Shown: positions 63,682-64,000 of the stretch, one piece after another
Position numbering within the stretch: the stretch's first letter is position 1
How the letters are laid out: every line of letters begins with the position of its first letter
Source: Solirubrobacterales bacterium
GTDB taxonomy: Bacteria; Actinomycetota; Thermoleophilia; Solirubrobacterales; JACPNS01
Reading direction: 5' to 3'
Assembly: GCA_049276635.1 (NCBI GenBank)
Contig: JBASWU010000026.1
Span: forward strand, 2,282-66,281
Length of the DNA stretch: 64,000 bases
The notes under the pieces: generated by a model
Database searches by the model: none
What the model saw: the letters and a program-made list of their open reading frames with translations, nothing else
Told to the model about the DNA's origin: nothing
Program-made: the position numbers and the translations under genes

Positions 63682-64000
63682 ATGAGCGAGTTGACTGACG
63701 TACGTTTCGAAGTCGACAACGGCTTGGCGACGATCACGATGGATCGGCCCGAGCGATTCAACGCCTTTCGCGCCCGCACCGTCGACGAGCTGATCGCCTG
63801 CTTCAAACGCGCCTGGGCCGATCCCGATGTCGGAGTCGTCTGCCTGACCGGTGCCGGCGACAAGGCTTTTTGCACCGGCGGCGACCAGAAGCAGCGCGCT
63901 GAGACCGGTGACTACGGGCCTTCGGAGTCCGGTTTGTTCGAGGTCGAGACTCTCCATCGCGTCATTCGCGAGGTCCCGATGCCGGTGATCGCCGCCGTCA
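63682..64000 (+). CDS. Enoyl-CoA hydratase/isomerase (crotonase) family protein, 3' end outside the window
   Basis: MSELTDVRFEVDNGLATITMDRPERFNAF...VVCLTGAGDKAFCTGGDQK. GGGAGGAG RBS lies upstream. The frame stays open to the window end. Confidence 0.8.
   Translation, partial: MSELTDVRFEVDNGLATITMDRPERFNAFRARTVDELIACFKRAWADPDVGVVCLTGAGDKAFCTGGDQKQRAETGDYGPSESGLFEVETLHRVIREVPMPVIAAV

Overview
High-GC, densely coding chromosomal window of actinobacterial type (GroEL, TopA with a Lys-rich tail and a PAC2 protein suggest a deep actinobacterial lineage; this is inference). I found no rRNA, tRNA, CRISPR array, transposase or integrase. The many long antisense or out-of-frame ORFs in the track are high-GC artefacts. 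Left edge: topA, a GalE-like epimerase, a GT-C membrane glycosyltransferase and the class II (B12-dependent) ribonucleotide reductase nrdJ. The centre (about 9.4-43.6 kb) is one very large cell-envelope glycan locus. It holds a Wzm/Wzt-type ABC exporter, a TagA/WecG-type GT26, rmlA/rmlD/rmlB, and a GDP-sugar branch (gmd, fcl-like, Rmd-like reductase, ColD-like 3-dehydratase with His replacing the PLP lysine). It also holds several cytoplasmic GT2/GT4/WsaF-like transferases, a SAM methyltransferase, a coiled-coil protein, two polyprenyl-phosphate GT2 enzymes (one paired with a DUF2304-like small membrane protein), two MurJ-like flippase paralogues and five GT-C-like polytopic membrane proteins. 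A sixth GT-C-like protein lies at 4.5-6.0 kb. Three of the six are clear paralogues sharing an MTDEL-Y loop motif and a roughly 300-aa C-terminal domain. Right third: a sensor-less histidine kinase, a Crp/Fnr regulator, an ASCH protein and CIRCE-controlled groES-groEL. These are followed by an SDR, a 7Fe ferredoxin, a Lys/Ala-rich coiled-coil protein, an IMPase-family protein and a UvrD-type helicase fused to a Cas4/AddB-like 4-Cys nuclease. The window ends with a PAC2 protein, a YhaM-like OB-HD protein, and an Atu/Liu-type cluster (acyl-CoA ligase, biotin carboxylase, carboxyltransferase, AtuA-like pair, crotonase). The most interesting signal is the glycan locus. It combines ABC-transporter-dependent polymer synthesis with an unusually heavy, apparently uncharacterised extracytoplasmic glycosylation machinery and a possible GDP-linked 3,6-dideoxyhexose route. 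All family assignments come from motif recognition by eye, not from database searches.
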